From NCBI GenBank assembly GCA_045543015.1, contig JAZQLY010000021.1:2328-66327 (forward strand): a stretch of DNA of 64,000 nt, given 5' to 3'. Positions 27,187 to 35,681 of this stretch are shown one piece after another; the stretch's first letter is position 1, and the number at the start of each line of letters is the position of its first letter. The notes under the pieces are model-generated. The model saw nothing but the letters and a program-made list of their open reading frames with translations, was not told the origin of the DNA and searched no databases. Origin of the DNA: Eubacteriales bacterium. Its GTDB lineage: Bacteria > Bacillota > Clostridia > Oscillospirales > CAG-272. Made by a program: the position numbers and the translations under genes.

Positions 27187-30079
27187 TTTCATTTTCCTCG
27201 CTGTTCTGCTCCCCGGCGCATGGATCTTCTCCCGTCAGCCCGGCTGCTTCTTCTGCCCGCGGGTGGCGGGCATCCTCTGCCTTTTGCATTTCCTCGTCAG
27301 AGAGGAAATTCGGCTCTGCCCCGATCTTTCCCTGGTAAAGGAAGACGTCAAGCAAGCGGTAAAGCCGGCTGCCCTCCTGCGGGCAAAGGCGGCCACGCCG
27401 CCAAAGCTCCTCTACCGTGATCAGGGCGGCAAGCAGCAGAACGCCAAGGAGAGAGATCGCGCTGCCCAGCACGTAGCAAGTCGGGCGGTAGACCATTTCT
27501 ACCGTGTGTGTTCCCGGCTCGGTATCAAAGGCCAGCAGCGCATCCAGCGTTGCGTAGGGCGTCACACGCTTGCCGTCTACCGTGATCTGCCAGCCCGCAT
27601 CGTACGGGATGGTGGTCTGCACGGTCGGCCGTTCCTTCGTGGTGGTGATGCTGCCGTGAAAATAGTCCTCCCTGTAGCTGTCCAGCGTGATGCCGTTCTG
27701 CCCGATGGCGGTCAGATTGTCGATGGTGGCATCGGTATCCTCTAAGAAAAAGGCAACGGCATCGGTGGGGAAATAGAAGCTGTAGCACTCTGCCATGCGC
27801 AGGGTGACCGTTACCACGTCACCGGCCTCGAAGTAGCCAAGGCCCTTGACAAAATCGTTGCCGTCCTCATAGATCACCCCGTAATAGGTGTCCTGCAGGT
27901 AAAGGTCCAATTTGCTTGGCAGGTCGGTCTCAATATAAAAATACAGGGGGCCGTCCTGCGGCACGGTGATCTGAAATGCCAGAAGAGAATTGGAGGAATA
28001 CAGCTCCTCTTCGTCGATCTCGCCGTTTTTGAAGGCTTGCTCGTTCTCAATATACGCATTGGTGTAAATGGCGTGGTACTCCTTGCCGTTCCACTCGATC
28101 GCCTCGGTCAGCACGTTCTCACTCGTAAAGTCACAGGGCAGGGGAATATAGCATTCCGGCACCCGGGTGCCAAGCACGGCGCGTATGATCTCGTTTTGCC
28201 GGATCAGCGGCGAGGAGAGCGCCGTTTGATCGTCCTCCTTGATCTGCCCGGAGGAAGCAAAGGCGATCGGCAGGGCATGCGGGTTGCGGTAGACCGTGTT
28301 CTCATCATTGGCAAGGAGCGCCTCGTAGGCGCTGTGCAGCGAGGTCGAATTGCTCATCATGATATAGCGCAGGCCAAGCAGAGAATCAAGGGCCAGCGTT
28401 GTGCCGTAGTATTCTGACCAATGGGAGGTAGCCAGCAGACCCATGCGGTGCAGAAAATCGAGCGTTTTGGCGTTCAGGGTAGAGGTGGAATTGGTCAGGC
28501 CGCGGTAGCCAAGCTCCATCACGTCGTTGGTCACGCGGTGGCCGATCATCTCCATGCGGTAAAATTCGTCATCCTGCTCCTTCACGGCGTCTACCAGACT
28601 GCCGACCGATGCGTGGTGATCCAGGTATTCCTGCCGGTCGGTAGAGCCAACGTCCTCGTGGAGCGCGGCGATCTGCGCCGTGCCGTTGTAAAACGCCTCC
28701 ACCAGCGCAACGGAAAGCAGTAAAACGGCCAGGTACTGCCGCAGCCTGCCGCTCTGCTTTTTCATATAGATCAGCAGCGCGGTGAAGATGAGCAGCAGGG
28801 CGGCGGCCAGCACCGCGTGCGTGGTGGTGAAAAATTCATCGTTCATAGAGGCGGCCACCGCAACCAGGGCAAGCAGGATGACCGTGACCGAAAGAACGGT
28901 CTTGTTTTGATAGTCGGCAAGCCGCGCAAACGCGCGGGAGGCAAGAAGCAGAAGAATAAAGCACAGCATAAAGCTGTAACGGTAGTTCAGCCAGTTGGGC
29001 GCCTGGCCGCCGTGCCACAGCATGTCCAGCGAATTGATGGACATGGAGAGGTAAAAGACAGCCAGCAGTATGCCGGAGCAAATGCGCTCCCGCCGCGAAA
29101 AACGGCGGTTGGCAAAATACAGGGGAACGAGCAGCAGCGTCAGCGTGCCGCAGTAAACGAAGGGCAGGCCGCTCGGCTCTACCGTATCGTATACGCCGGG
29201 CAGCAGCTTGGAAAAGAAGCGAATGGGGTCAAACTGCAGGTAAGGAAGATAGTTCGGATCGGTAAAGGTGGTCTTGCCAAAGGAAAGGGAGTATACCACC
29301 GTCAGCAGGATGATGGCCGCGATCGCAACCGAGAGCAGCGAATAAAGCGCCATGCGCAAAAGCGCCCGCAGGTAGTGCTGTTGCTCGCCAAGCGGGTTGT
29401 TCTGCTCCCCCTCGGAAAATGCATAAAAATAATAGAAAAAGTAGAGCAGCACATAAATGCAGGTCATAAACCCAATATAGAAGTTGGAGAGTAGCGCAAG
29501 CGAGAGGGAAAGCACGAACAGGCGGTAACGGCGGTATTTGATCACCGACTCCACCCCCAGCGTTACGAGCGGCAGCAGAATGATATTGTCTATCCACATG
29601 GTGTTGTGCTGCATGACGATGGCAAAGGAGCAAAGGGCATACAGCGTAGAAAACAGCAGGGTCTCCAGGCGGGAGGAATAGGCCTTTTGGTGCAGGTAAA
29701 TGCCAAAGGTCAGGCCGCAGAGCCCGGACTTGATCAGAAACATGAGGAGCAGCGCCTCGGTCATATACCCCTCGGGGAACAGGGCAACGATGTAGGAAAG
29801 GGGGCTGGCCAGGTAATAGGCGTAAATGCCCATCATCTCTCCACCCAGCGACCGCGCAAAGGAATAAAGGAGCGAGGCATCGCCGTAAACGGCATCACGC
29901 AGGGCTTCAAAAAAACCGACATATTGCCCGTTGAGGTCCAGCACCAGGACGGAGCGGTCACCAAACGGGAAAACGCGATCCAGGGCGTAGATCAGCAGCA
30001 TGAGCGCAAAGGGGATCAAAAACGTCCATAGCAGGTAGGAGCGGTCACGCTTGATCCCGCAGGTGAGTTGGTTGTTCAT
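27179..30079 (-). CDS. YfhO family membrane protein (putative glycosyltransferase for cell-envelope polymers)
   Basis: N-terminal FPFGDRSVLVLDLNGQYVGFF...YSFARSLGGEMMG..AYYLASPL signature, many TM helices and a large extracytoplasmic C-terminus. Confidence 0.8.
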   Translation of the reverse strand: MNNQLTCGIKRDRSYLLWTFLIPFALMLLIYALDRVFPFGDRSVLVLDLNGQYVGFFEALRDAVYGDASLLYSFARSLGGEMMGIYAYYLASPLSYIVALFPEGYMTEALLLMFLIKSGLCGLTFGIYLHQKAYSSRLETLLFSTLYALCSFAIVMQHNTMWIDNIILLPLVTLGVESVIKYRRYRLFVLSLSLALLSNFYIGFMTCIYVLLYFFYYFYAFSEGEQNNPLGEQQHYLRALLRMALYSLLSVAIAAIILLTVVYSLSFGKTTFTDPNYLPYLQFDPIRFFSKLLPGVYDTVEPSGLPFVYCGTLTLLLVPLYFANRRFSRRERICSGILLAVFYLSMSINSLDMLWHGGQAPNWLNYRYSFMLCFILLLLASRAFARLADYQNKTVLSVTVILLALVAVAASMNDEFFTTTHAVLAAALLLIFTALLIYMKKQSGRLRQYLAVLLLSVALVEAFYNGTAQIAALHEDVGSTDRQEYLDHHASVGSLVDAVKEQDDEFYRMEMIGHRVTNDVMELGYRGLTNSTSTLNAKTLDFLHRMGLLATSHWSEYYGTTLALDSLLGLRYIMMSNSTSLHSAYEALLANDENTVYRNPHALPIAFASSGQIKEDDQTALSSPLIRQNEIIRAVLGTRVPECYIPLPCDFTSENVLTEAIEWNGKEYHAIYTNAYIENEQAFKNGEIDEEELYSSNSLLAFQITVPQDGPLYFYIETDLPSKLDLYLQDTYYGVIYEDGNDFVKGLGYFEAGDVVTVTLRMAECYSFYFPTDAVAFFLEDTDATIDNLTAIGQNGITLDSYREDYFHGSITTTKERPTVQTTIPYDAGWQITVDGKRVTPYATLDALLAFDTEPGTHTVEMVYRPTCYVLGSAISLLGVLLLAALITVEELWRRGRLCPQEGSRLYRLLDVFLYQGKIGAEPNFLSDEEMQKAEDARHPRAEEAAGLTGEDPCAGEQNSEENENG

Positions 30080-30187
30080 AAACTATCCTCTGAATAAAAA
30101 TATACAGTATTATTTTACCATACATTTCGGGAAAAGTAAACAAAAAAACAAAACTTCCCGCAAAGAAATTCAAGGCCGCTCAAAATC

Positions 30188-30216
30188 TTGACAAGGCAAG
30201 GGATGTTTGCTATAAT
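30188..30216 (+). promoter_or_regulatory. sigma-A promoter
   Basis: TTGACA, 17 nt, then TATAAT. Confidence 0.55.
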
Positions 30217-30244
30217 AAAAGCAACGAACAGCAAGGAGAACGGT

Positions 30245-30889
30245 ATGACACGCCTGATCTTGATACGCCACGGCGAGAGCGCAGCCAACCTGGCGCGCGT
30301 ATTTGCCGGGCAGACCGATGCCCCCCTGACCGAAAAGGGGCATGCCCAAGCAGAATTGACCGCCGCCTACGTGGCGGCGCATTATACGGTAGATGCCGTC
30401 TACGCCAGCGACCTGCAGCGTGCTTATGAAACGGCAGCGCACGCCGCTGCGCCGCACGGGCTCCCCGTGCGGCCGGAGCCGGCCTTCCGTGAGATCTATG
30501 CCGGGGAATGGGAGAACCGCCCGTTTGACGAGGTGGCCGTGGTCTTTGAAGGGGACTATGCAACCTGGCGGCAGGATATCGGCCATTCATGCTGCACGGC
30601 CGGCGAATCGTTTGCCGAGCTGCAGCGCCGTGTGTGCGCGGCGGCACGCCGCATTGCCAAGCGGCATGAGGGGCAGACCGTGCTGATCGGCACGCATGCC
30701 ACCCCCATCCGCGCCCTGGAGTGCGCGTGGCGAGAGGTAGGGGCGGACGGCGCAAAGGACGTGCCGTTTGTGGCCAATGCCTCGGTCACGGTGGTGGAAT
30801 ACGAGGGGGATACGGTCAAGATCCTTCTGCGCGGCTACCACGATCACCACGGTGAATTAAGCACGGGCTTGCCGAGAGGGGTGGTGTAA
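30245..30889 (+). CDS. histidine phosphatase family protein (phosphoglycerate mutase / CobC-like)
   Basis: The LIRHGES catalytic motif and a downstream GTHATPIRAL motif. Confidence 0.8.
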   Translation: MTRLILIRHGESAANLARVFAGQTDAPLTEKGHAQAELTAAYVAAHYTVDAVYASDLQRAYETAAHAAAPHGLPVRPEPAFREIYAGEWENRPFDEVAVVFEGDYATWRQDIGHSCCTAGESFAELQRRVCAAARRIAKRHEGQTVLIGTHATPIRALECAWREVGADGAKDVPFVANASVTVVEYEGDTVKILLRGYHDHHGELSTGLPRGVV

Positions 30890-30891
30890 GG

Positions 30892-31854
30892 ATGCTCTAT
30901 CCCATGCAATTGAGCTATGAGGCCAAGTACCGCATCTGGGGCGGGGACCTGCTGAAGACCGCCTTCGGCAAGCAGGCACCAACGGTAGAGCGCCTGGGTG
31001 AGACCTGGGAGCTGACCGTCCGCCCGGACGGCATGAGTCTCGTTCAAAACGGAATTTACAAGGGAAAAAGCCTGGCAGACGCCATTCAAGCCATTGGCAA
31101 TGCTGCCGTGTCTCCCACCTATGCGGGCGGCGTGTTCCCGCTGCTGATCAAGCTGATCGACGCGCGTGAAAGGCTCTCGGTCCAGGTGCATCCTGATGAT
31201 GCGTATGCCGCTGCCGTAGAGGGCGATCTGGGAAAGACCGAGATGTGGTACGTGCTGGCGGCAGAGCCGGGGGCCACGCTCGTTTCCGGCCTGCGCCCGG
31301 GGGTAGATCGCGCCGCGTTTGCCGCCGCCGTGCGAGAGGGTCGGACAGAGGAGGTCCTGCAGGCGCAGCCTGTCCGCGCGGGGGACGTTTGCTTTATCCC
31401 CGCCGGGCTCGTGCATGCCATTGGTGCGGGCATCGTGGTGGCCGAGATCCAGCAAAACTCCGACCTGACTTATCGGGTTTTCGACTATAATCGCCGGCAG
31501 AGCGACGGCAGCCTGCGTGAGCTGCACGTTGACCGCGCCCTGGACGTGGTGCGTCCCTTTACGGAGGCGGAGATCGCCGCCATCCGTTTTTCGGCGCGTG
31601 ATGGGCAGGATGACAGCGATACCCTGGTGCATTGCCCGTATTTCCGCGTTCGCCGTTTGGCCGTCGCGGGGGAGCGGGAGGAATGCGTTTCTGCCGAAAG
31701 CTTCGTTGCGCTGCTTTGCGTAGCGGGTAAGGGGAGCATCCTTTTTGCGGGGGAGACCTATCCCATAGAAAAGGGGCAGCAGTATTTTCTGCCGGCCTCT
31801 ATGGGCGCATACCGCCTCTGCGGGGATATGACGCTCCTTGCCGCCGCGCTGTGA
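30892..31854 (+). CDS. manA: type I phosphomannose isomerase (mannose-6-phosphate isomerase)
   Basis: LSVQVHPDD, GKTEMWYVL and VHAIGAGIVVAEIQQNSD motifs. Confidence 0.85.
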   Translation: MLYPMQLSYEAKYRIWGGDLLKTAFGKQAPTVERLGETWELTVRPDGMSLVQNGIYKGKSLADAIQAIGNAAVSPTYAGGVFPLLIKLIDARERLSVQVHPDDAYAAAVEGDLGKTEMWYVLAAEPGATLVSGLRPGVDRAAFAAAVREGRTEEVLQAQPVRAGDVCFIPAGLVHAIGAGIVVAEIQQNSDLTYRVFDYNRRQSDGSLRELHVDRALDVVRPFTEAEIAAIRFSARDGQDDSDTLVHCPYFRVRRLAVAGEREECVSAESFVALLCVAGKGSILFAGETYPIEKGQQYFLPASMGAYRLCGDMTLLAAAL

Positions 31855-31870
31855 TCATAAAATGCAAAAA

Positions 31871-31895
31871 ACCGATGCTTGTGCATCGGTTTTTT
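31871..31895 (+). terminator. intrinsic terminator after manA
   Basis: ACCGATGC-TTGT-GCATCGGT followed by TTTTTT. Confidence 0.8.
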
Positions 31896-32073
31896 GTGTG
31901 ACTGGGAATGGAGGCTTTTTTTGTGATACCACTACAAAATAGATCCATATAAGGCTATCGTACAAAAACAGTCCGTAATTTTTGCCGTGAGGGTACACGT
32001 ATCCCTTGGCGATGATGGGAGTTAAAAGGTTCCGCGTTCTACCGGACTTTTAACACCATGCTTGCAACGAGGT

Positions 32074-32580
32074 CTATGTAGAAATTGTTTTCCTTTGATT
32101 TTTCGAAATAATCCACAAAACAAACAGACTGATAATATCTGCACAAAAGAAAAATTGGCATATAAGTGCTACAACAGAAAGAAGTTTATTGTTTTTTATG
32201 TTTTTCGCCAACGCAAATACAGAGATTGAACTGCTAAAAAACAGAACAATGCAATCAAACAAAATAAGCATAAGAATCAGCGGAAGCGTCATGAAAATCA
32301 TAATCGCCGCAATAACCCCGAAAATAAAAACAACTATGTATGCCGGAATATGAAAGAGCTTAATGAGAAGTGCCGCACGAATAAGATCCCACGGATCGTC
32401 TTTCCGTGATACGATCATAAAAATGACGTTCCAGATTGGCGTTAATACGGCAAAAAGAACAATTAAGACTCCAAAGACGATAGGGGCGATGTTTTCGGGA
32501 AAAAGATCGCCGATCAACACACTCAATACAAGTGAATACGGAAAAATTATACAGGGTATAAGCAACAGCTTTTTCATCAT
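32074..32580 (-). CDS. hypothetical ~5-TM membrane protein in an AT-rich islet
   Basis: 168 aa and very hydrophobic, with a strong RBS (AAGAGGTGAA) and its own consensus promoter. GC is far below the flanks. Confidence 0.6.
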   Translation of the reverse strand: MMKKLLLIPCIIFPYSLVLSVLIGDLFPENIAPIVFGVLIVLFAVLTPIWNVIFMIVSRKDDPWDLIRAALLIKLFHIPAYIVVFIFGVIAAIMIFMTLPLILMLILFDCIVLFFSSSISVFALAKNIKNNKLLSVVALICQFFFCADIISLFVLWIISKNQRKTIST

Positions 32581-32630
32581 TTCACCTCTTTTACATACTT
32601 AACGAAATCAGCTTGGACTTGTTTTTTATT

Positions 32631-32659
32631 ATTATACCACAACTTCATAAACATTTCAA
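32631..32659 (-). promoter_or_regulatory. sigma-A promoter of the AT-rich membrane protein gene
   Basis: The minus strand reads TTGAAA, 17 nt, then TGgTATAAT. Confidence 0.55.
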
Positions 32660-32907
32660 CCGTTTCGCAAGCGATTCTCAAAGGCTCCCTCCGGGAGGGA
32701 GCTGGCGCCGTAGGCGACTGAGGGAGAGTGCATTGATGTAAAGTTTAATCAGATTTTTAAGTCAGGCAGGCTCCCTCCGTCACGCTCCGCAGCGAACCCC
32801 TGCGCGTGCCACCTTCCTCCCGGAGGAAGGCTGTCGGTAGTTCGAATCCTTCGGCTCGAAGAAAAACCGAAAATGGATCTATGGAAATTCGAAAAAAGTT
32901 AGGCGCG

Positions 32908-32946
32908 AAAAAAGCAGAGAAATCTTTCGAAATCTCTGCTTTTCTC
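32908..32946. terminator. bidirectional hairpin terminator
   Basis: AGCAGAGA...TCTCTGCT stem flanked by an A-run and a T-run. Confidence 0.55.
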
Positions 32947-32982
32947 GTTTTTTCTCGGTCGGATCTAAATCGACCTAAAGAC

Positions 32983-33004
32983 TTGGCAGGGGCAGAAGGA
33001 CTTG
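32983..33004 (-). repeat. duplicate of the tRNA-Trp 3' end (21/22 nt identical to 33175-33196)
   Basis: TTGGCAGGGGCAGAAGGaCTTG compared with TTGGCAGGGGCAGAAGGtCTTG. Confidence 0.85.
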
Positions 33005-33130
33005 GCTCAGAGCGGCGACGCAAAGTCGCCGTCCCATGCGCCTTTGCTCCGCTCTTCGGTCAGGCGCGGCTCTGACAGCCCACCGGGCTGTCATTCACTC
33101 CCGCGCCCGCTCAAGTCCTTCATTCGATGC

Positions 33131-33167
33131 CCGGCAAAACAAAAAGCCTACCGCAAAACGGTAGGCT
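33131..33167 (-). terminator. intrinsic terminator just downstream of tRNA-Trp
   Basis: The minus strand has an AGCCTACC / GGTAGGCT stem followed by TTTTTGTTTT. Confidence 0.7.
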
Positions 33168-33175
33168 TCTTGTTT

Positions 33176-33251
33176 TGGCAGGGGCAGAAGGTCTTGAACC
33201 CACGACACCCAGTTTTGGAGACTGGTGTTCTACCGACTGAACTATACCCCT
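33176..33251 (-). tRNA. trnW: tRNA-Trp (anticodon CCA), CCA-encoded
   Basis: Hand-folded cloverleaf is AGGGGTA/TA/GTTC-AGTCGGTA-GAAC/A/CCAGT-CTCCAAA-ACTGG/GTGTC/GTGGG-TTCAAGA-CCTTC/TGCCCCT/G/CCA. There is one U-U mismatch in the T stem. Confidence 0.8.
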
Positions 33252-33264
33252 GTACAACGTTGCT

Positions 33265-33293
33265 ATTATAACACAACTTTTTTGTAAATGCAA
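33265..33293 (-). promoter_or_regulatory. sigma-A promoter of tRNA-Trp
   Basis: The minus strand reads TTGCAT, 17 nt, then TATAAT, about 13 nt before the mature 5' end. Confidence 0.6.
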
Positions 33294-33439
33294 GAGGTTT
33301 TTTGAAGTTTTTGAAAAAAAGCAGAAGAATTTCACAAAAAGCCGCGTTTCCTCTTTGCGCGGTATTGCTTTTTTCTATGAATATGGTATAATAAAACAGT
33401 AAGCTTTGCAACCATGAGCAGACAGAGGAGGTTTTTTGT

Positions 33440-34414
33440 ATGGGTGTTCCTATTTTCTTGTTTCTGGTCGGTCTTGTTTTGCTGATCAAGGGCGGCGATT
33501 GGTTTGTGGACGGTGCTACCGGCATTGCACACCGCTTTCACATCCCTGAGCTGCTGATCGGTGCTACCGTTGTCTCGATCGGTACCACGCTGCCGGAGGT
33601 CATGGTTTCGGCTACCTCTGCCGTCAGCGGTCACGGCGAAATTGCCTACGGCAATGCTGTTGGCTCTATCATTTGCAACACGGCGCTGATCGCGGCCATC
33701 ACGGTGGCGGTACGCCCCGCCAAGATCGAGCGCTCCTCACTTGGGCTCCCCGTGGTGTTTTTCTTTATCGCGGCAGCCTTTTACACTACCGTTGCCTATG
33801 CCGCCGGCTTTTTTGGCTATGCGGTCGGCGCAGTCCTGCTCGCTATGTTCGTTGCCTATATCGCGCTTTCCGTCTGGCAGACCTTGCGCACGCCGCAGCC
33901 GGCCGGGGCGGCAGAGCAGGCAGCAACGCCTGCCTCCAAAAAGGCGTTGGTCAAGGAGATCCTGCTTTTGATCGTCGGCGCCGCACTGATCGCCATTGGC
34001 GCGCGCCTGCTGGTCGATAACGGCACGTTGATCGCCGAGAAGCTTGGCGTGCCGGAGGCGGTTATTGCCTTGACCTTTGTGGCACTTGGCACCTCGCTGC
34101 CCGAGCTGGTCACCGCGATCACCTCGCTGGTCAAGGGGCATGGCTCTCTGTCGCTTGGCAACGTGATCGGTGCCAACCTGTTCAACCTGGTTCTGGTCAA
34201 CGGTGTATCGACCGTGCTTTCCCCCTTTGCCATTCCCGGTGGTAAGGAGATCATGGGTATCAATTCCTCGCTTTTGATCGATATTCCCGTGATGCTGTTC
34301 GTGATGACGTTTTTGACGGTGCCGGCACTCATTCGCGGCAAGCTGTCACGCGTGCAGGGAATCGTTCTGCTGGCGATCTATGCAGCGTTTTGCGTGCTGC
34401 AATTTCTGATCTGA
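33440..34414 (+). CDS. CaCA-family sodium/calcium exchanger membrane protein (YrbG-like)
   Basis: Two alpha-repeat motifs (GTTLPEVMVS, GTSLPELVTA) and about 10 TM helices. Confidence 0.85.
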   Translation: MGVPIFLFLVGLVLLIKGGDWFVDGATGIAHRFHIPELLIGATVVSIGTTLPEVMVSATSAVSGHGEIAYGNAVGSIICNTALIAAITVAVRPAKIERSSLGLPVVFFFIAAAFYTTVAYAAGFFGYAVGAVLLAMFVAYIALSVWQTLRTPQPAGAAEQAATPASKKALVKEILLLIVGAALIAIGARLLVDNGTLIAEKLGVPEAVIALTFVALGTSLPELVTAITSLVKGHGSLSLGNVIGANLFNLVLVNGVSTVLSPFAIPGGKEIMGINSSLLIDIPVMLFVMTFLTVPALIRGKLSRVQGIVLLAIYAAFCVLQFLI

Positions 34415-34424
34415 TCAATTTTGC

Positions 34425-34457
34425 GGCGCAGCCCGGCCGGGCTGCGCCTCTTTTTTT
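34425..34457 (+). terminator. intrinsic terminator
   Basis: GGCGCAGCCC-GGCC-GGGCTGCGCC followed by TTTTTTT. Confidence 0.85.
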
Positions 34458-34468
34458 GCGCATTTCTC

Positions 34469-34497
34469 TTGCCAAGCCGGCCGCGGTGTGCTATAAT
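34469..34497 (+). promoter_or_regulatory. sigma-A promoter
   Basis: TTGCCA, 17 nt, then TGcTATAAT. Confidence 0.55.
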
Positions 34498-34543
34498 AAT
34501 AAAAATGCGTTTATCCATTTTATATAGACAGGGGGATTTTTTT

Positions 34544-35638
34544 ATGAAAGAGATCGTGGCAGCCTTGCTGCGGCAGGGCAACCGTTTTCTGATATGCCAG
34601 CGGCCGGCCGATAAGGCGCATGCGCTGCTTTGGGAGTTCGCCGGCGGCAAGGTAGAGCCGGGCGAGGGACACCGGGAGGCGCTGAAGCGTGAATGCCGTG
34701 AGGAGCTTGGCATTGAGGTAGAGGTGGGCGAGATCTTTGACGACGTTCTGCAGCTCTATTCTGATAGCATGCTCCACATTACGCTGTACGAGGTGCAGGT
34801 CACGGCCGGCACGCCGCAGCGGTTAGAGCATCACGATCTGCGCTGGATCACGCCGGCCGAGATCGGCAGCTATACGTTTTGCCCGGCAGACCGCAGCTTT
34901 CTTGAAAAGATCACGGCGGTGGCGGCAAGCGTGAAGCTGGAACGGCCGAACGTCCTTTGCCATATGATGCAATCGATAGACGGTGCGGTAACGGGCGACT
35001 TTCTTGCGATGCCGGCTGCGCAGGCAGCAAGCGAGGTGTATTATCAGCTGAACCGCGAGCTGCGCGGGGATGCCTTTGCCTGTGGCCGTGTGACGATGGA
35101 GGAGAGCTTTACCCACGGCTTTTATCCGGATATGGCGGTTTTTGAGGGGAAGAGCCTTCCTCTTGAGGACTATGTGGCAGAGCCGGCGGCCGGTTATTTT
35201 GCCGTTGCCTTTGATACGCACGGCCGCCTTGGCTGGCGGGAGGCACGCATTACAGACGAGGACCCCGGTTATAACGGCGCCCACATCATTGAGGTGCTGT
35301 GCGAGAACGTGGATCCGCGTTATCTGGCCTATATGCGCCGCGTGGGCGTTTCTTATATCTTTGCGGGGGCAGAGGAGCTGGATCTGCCGCTCGCCTTGCA
35401 CAAGCTGAAGACGCTTTTTGGCATTGATCGCCTGCTGCTGGAGGGCGGCAGTATTCTCAACGGCAGCTTCCTGCGTGAGGGCGTGGTGGATGCCATCAGC
35501 GTGGTCACGGCTCCTGTGGTCGCACCGGCAGGCGGCAAGCCGCTGTTTGACGGGGCGGAGGGAAAGCGTTATACACTGGCTCAAACAAAGACCTATGACG
35601 GCGGCGTTCTTTGGTCGTATTATTCCTGCGCCGAATGA
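34544..35638 (+). CDS. fusion protein: N-terminal NUDIX hydrolase (MutT-like) plus C-terminal RibD_C / dihydrofolate-reductase-like domain
   Basis: Nudix box GGKVEPGEGHREALKRECREELGI. The C-terminal half carries HMMQSIDGAVTG...LLLEGGSILNGSFL, typical of RibD C-terminal reductase domains. Confidence 0.7.
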   Translation: MKEIVAALLRQGNRFLICQRPADKAHALLWEFAGGKVEPGEGHREALKRECREELGIEVEVGEIFDDVLQLYSDSMLHITLYEVQVTAGTPQRLEHHDLRWITPAEIGSYTFCPADRSFLEKITAVAASVKLERPNVLCHMMQSIDGAVTGDFLAMPAAQAASEVYYQLNRELRGDAFACGRVTMEESFTHGFYPDMAVFEGKSLPLEDYVAEPAAGYFAVAFDTHGRLGWREARITDEDPGYNGAHIIEVLCENVDPRYLAYMRRVGVSYIFAGAEELDLPLALHKLKTLFGIDRLLLEGGSILNGSFLREGVVDAISVVTAPVVAPAGGKPLFDGAEGKRYTLAQTKTYDGGVLWSYYSCAE

Positions 35639-35681
35639 GGAAAATAAGCAAGGCGCGGCATTGCCGCGCCTTGCTTGTCGG

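Noticed and set aside
32980-33135. tmRNA (ssrA), because of the acceptor/T-stem-like ends and the encoded CCA.
   Set aside because: At about 150 nt it is far too short. It has no tag reading frame ending in an ALAA-type peptide, no G-U alanine identity pair and no pseudoknots. I kept it only as an unclassified tRNA-like element.
31855-33440. A prophage or integrative element at tRNA-Trp.
   Set aside because: No integrase, excisionase or phage genes are present. Only a 22-nt duplicate of the tRNA end and one small AT-rich gene are visible. I report it as a scar or islet rather than a mobile element.
33002-33525. ORFs 33002..33271 (+) and 33148..33525 (-).
   Set aside because: They are read-throughs of the tRNA-Trp gene, its terminator and GC-rich palindromes (for example ...ETGVLPTELYPC is the tRNA translated). 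They have no RBS.
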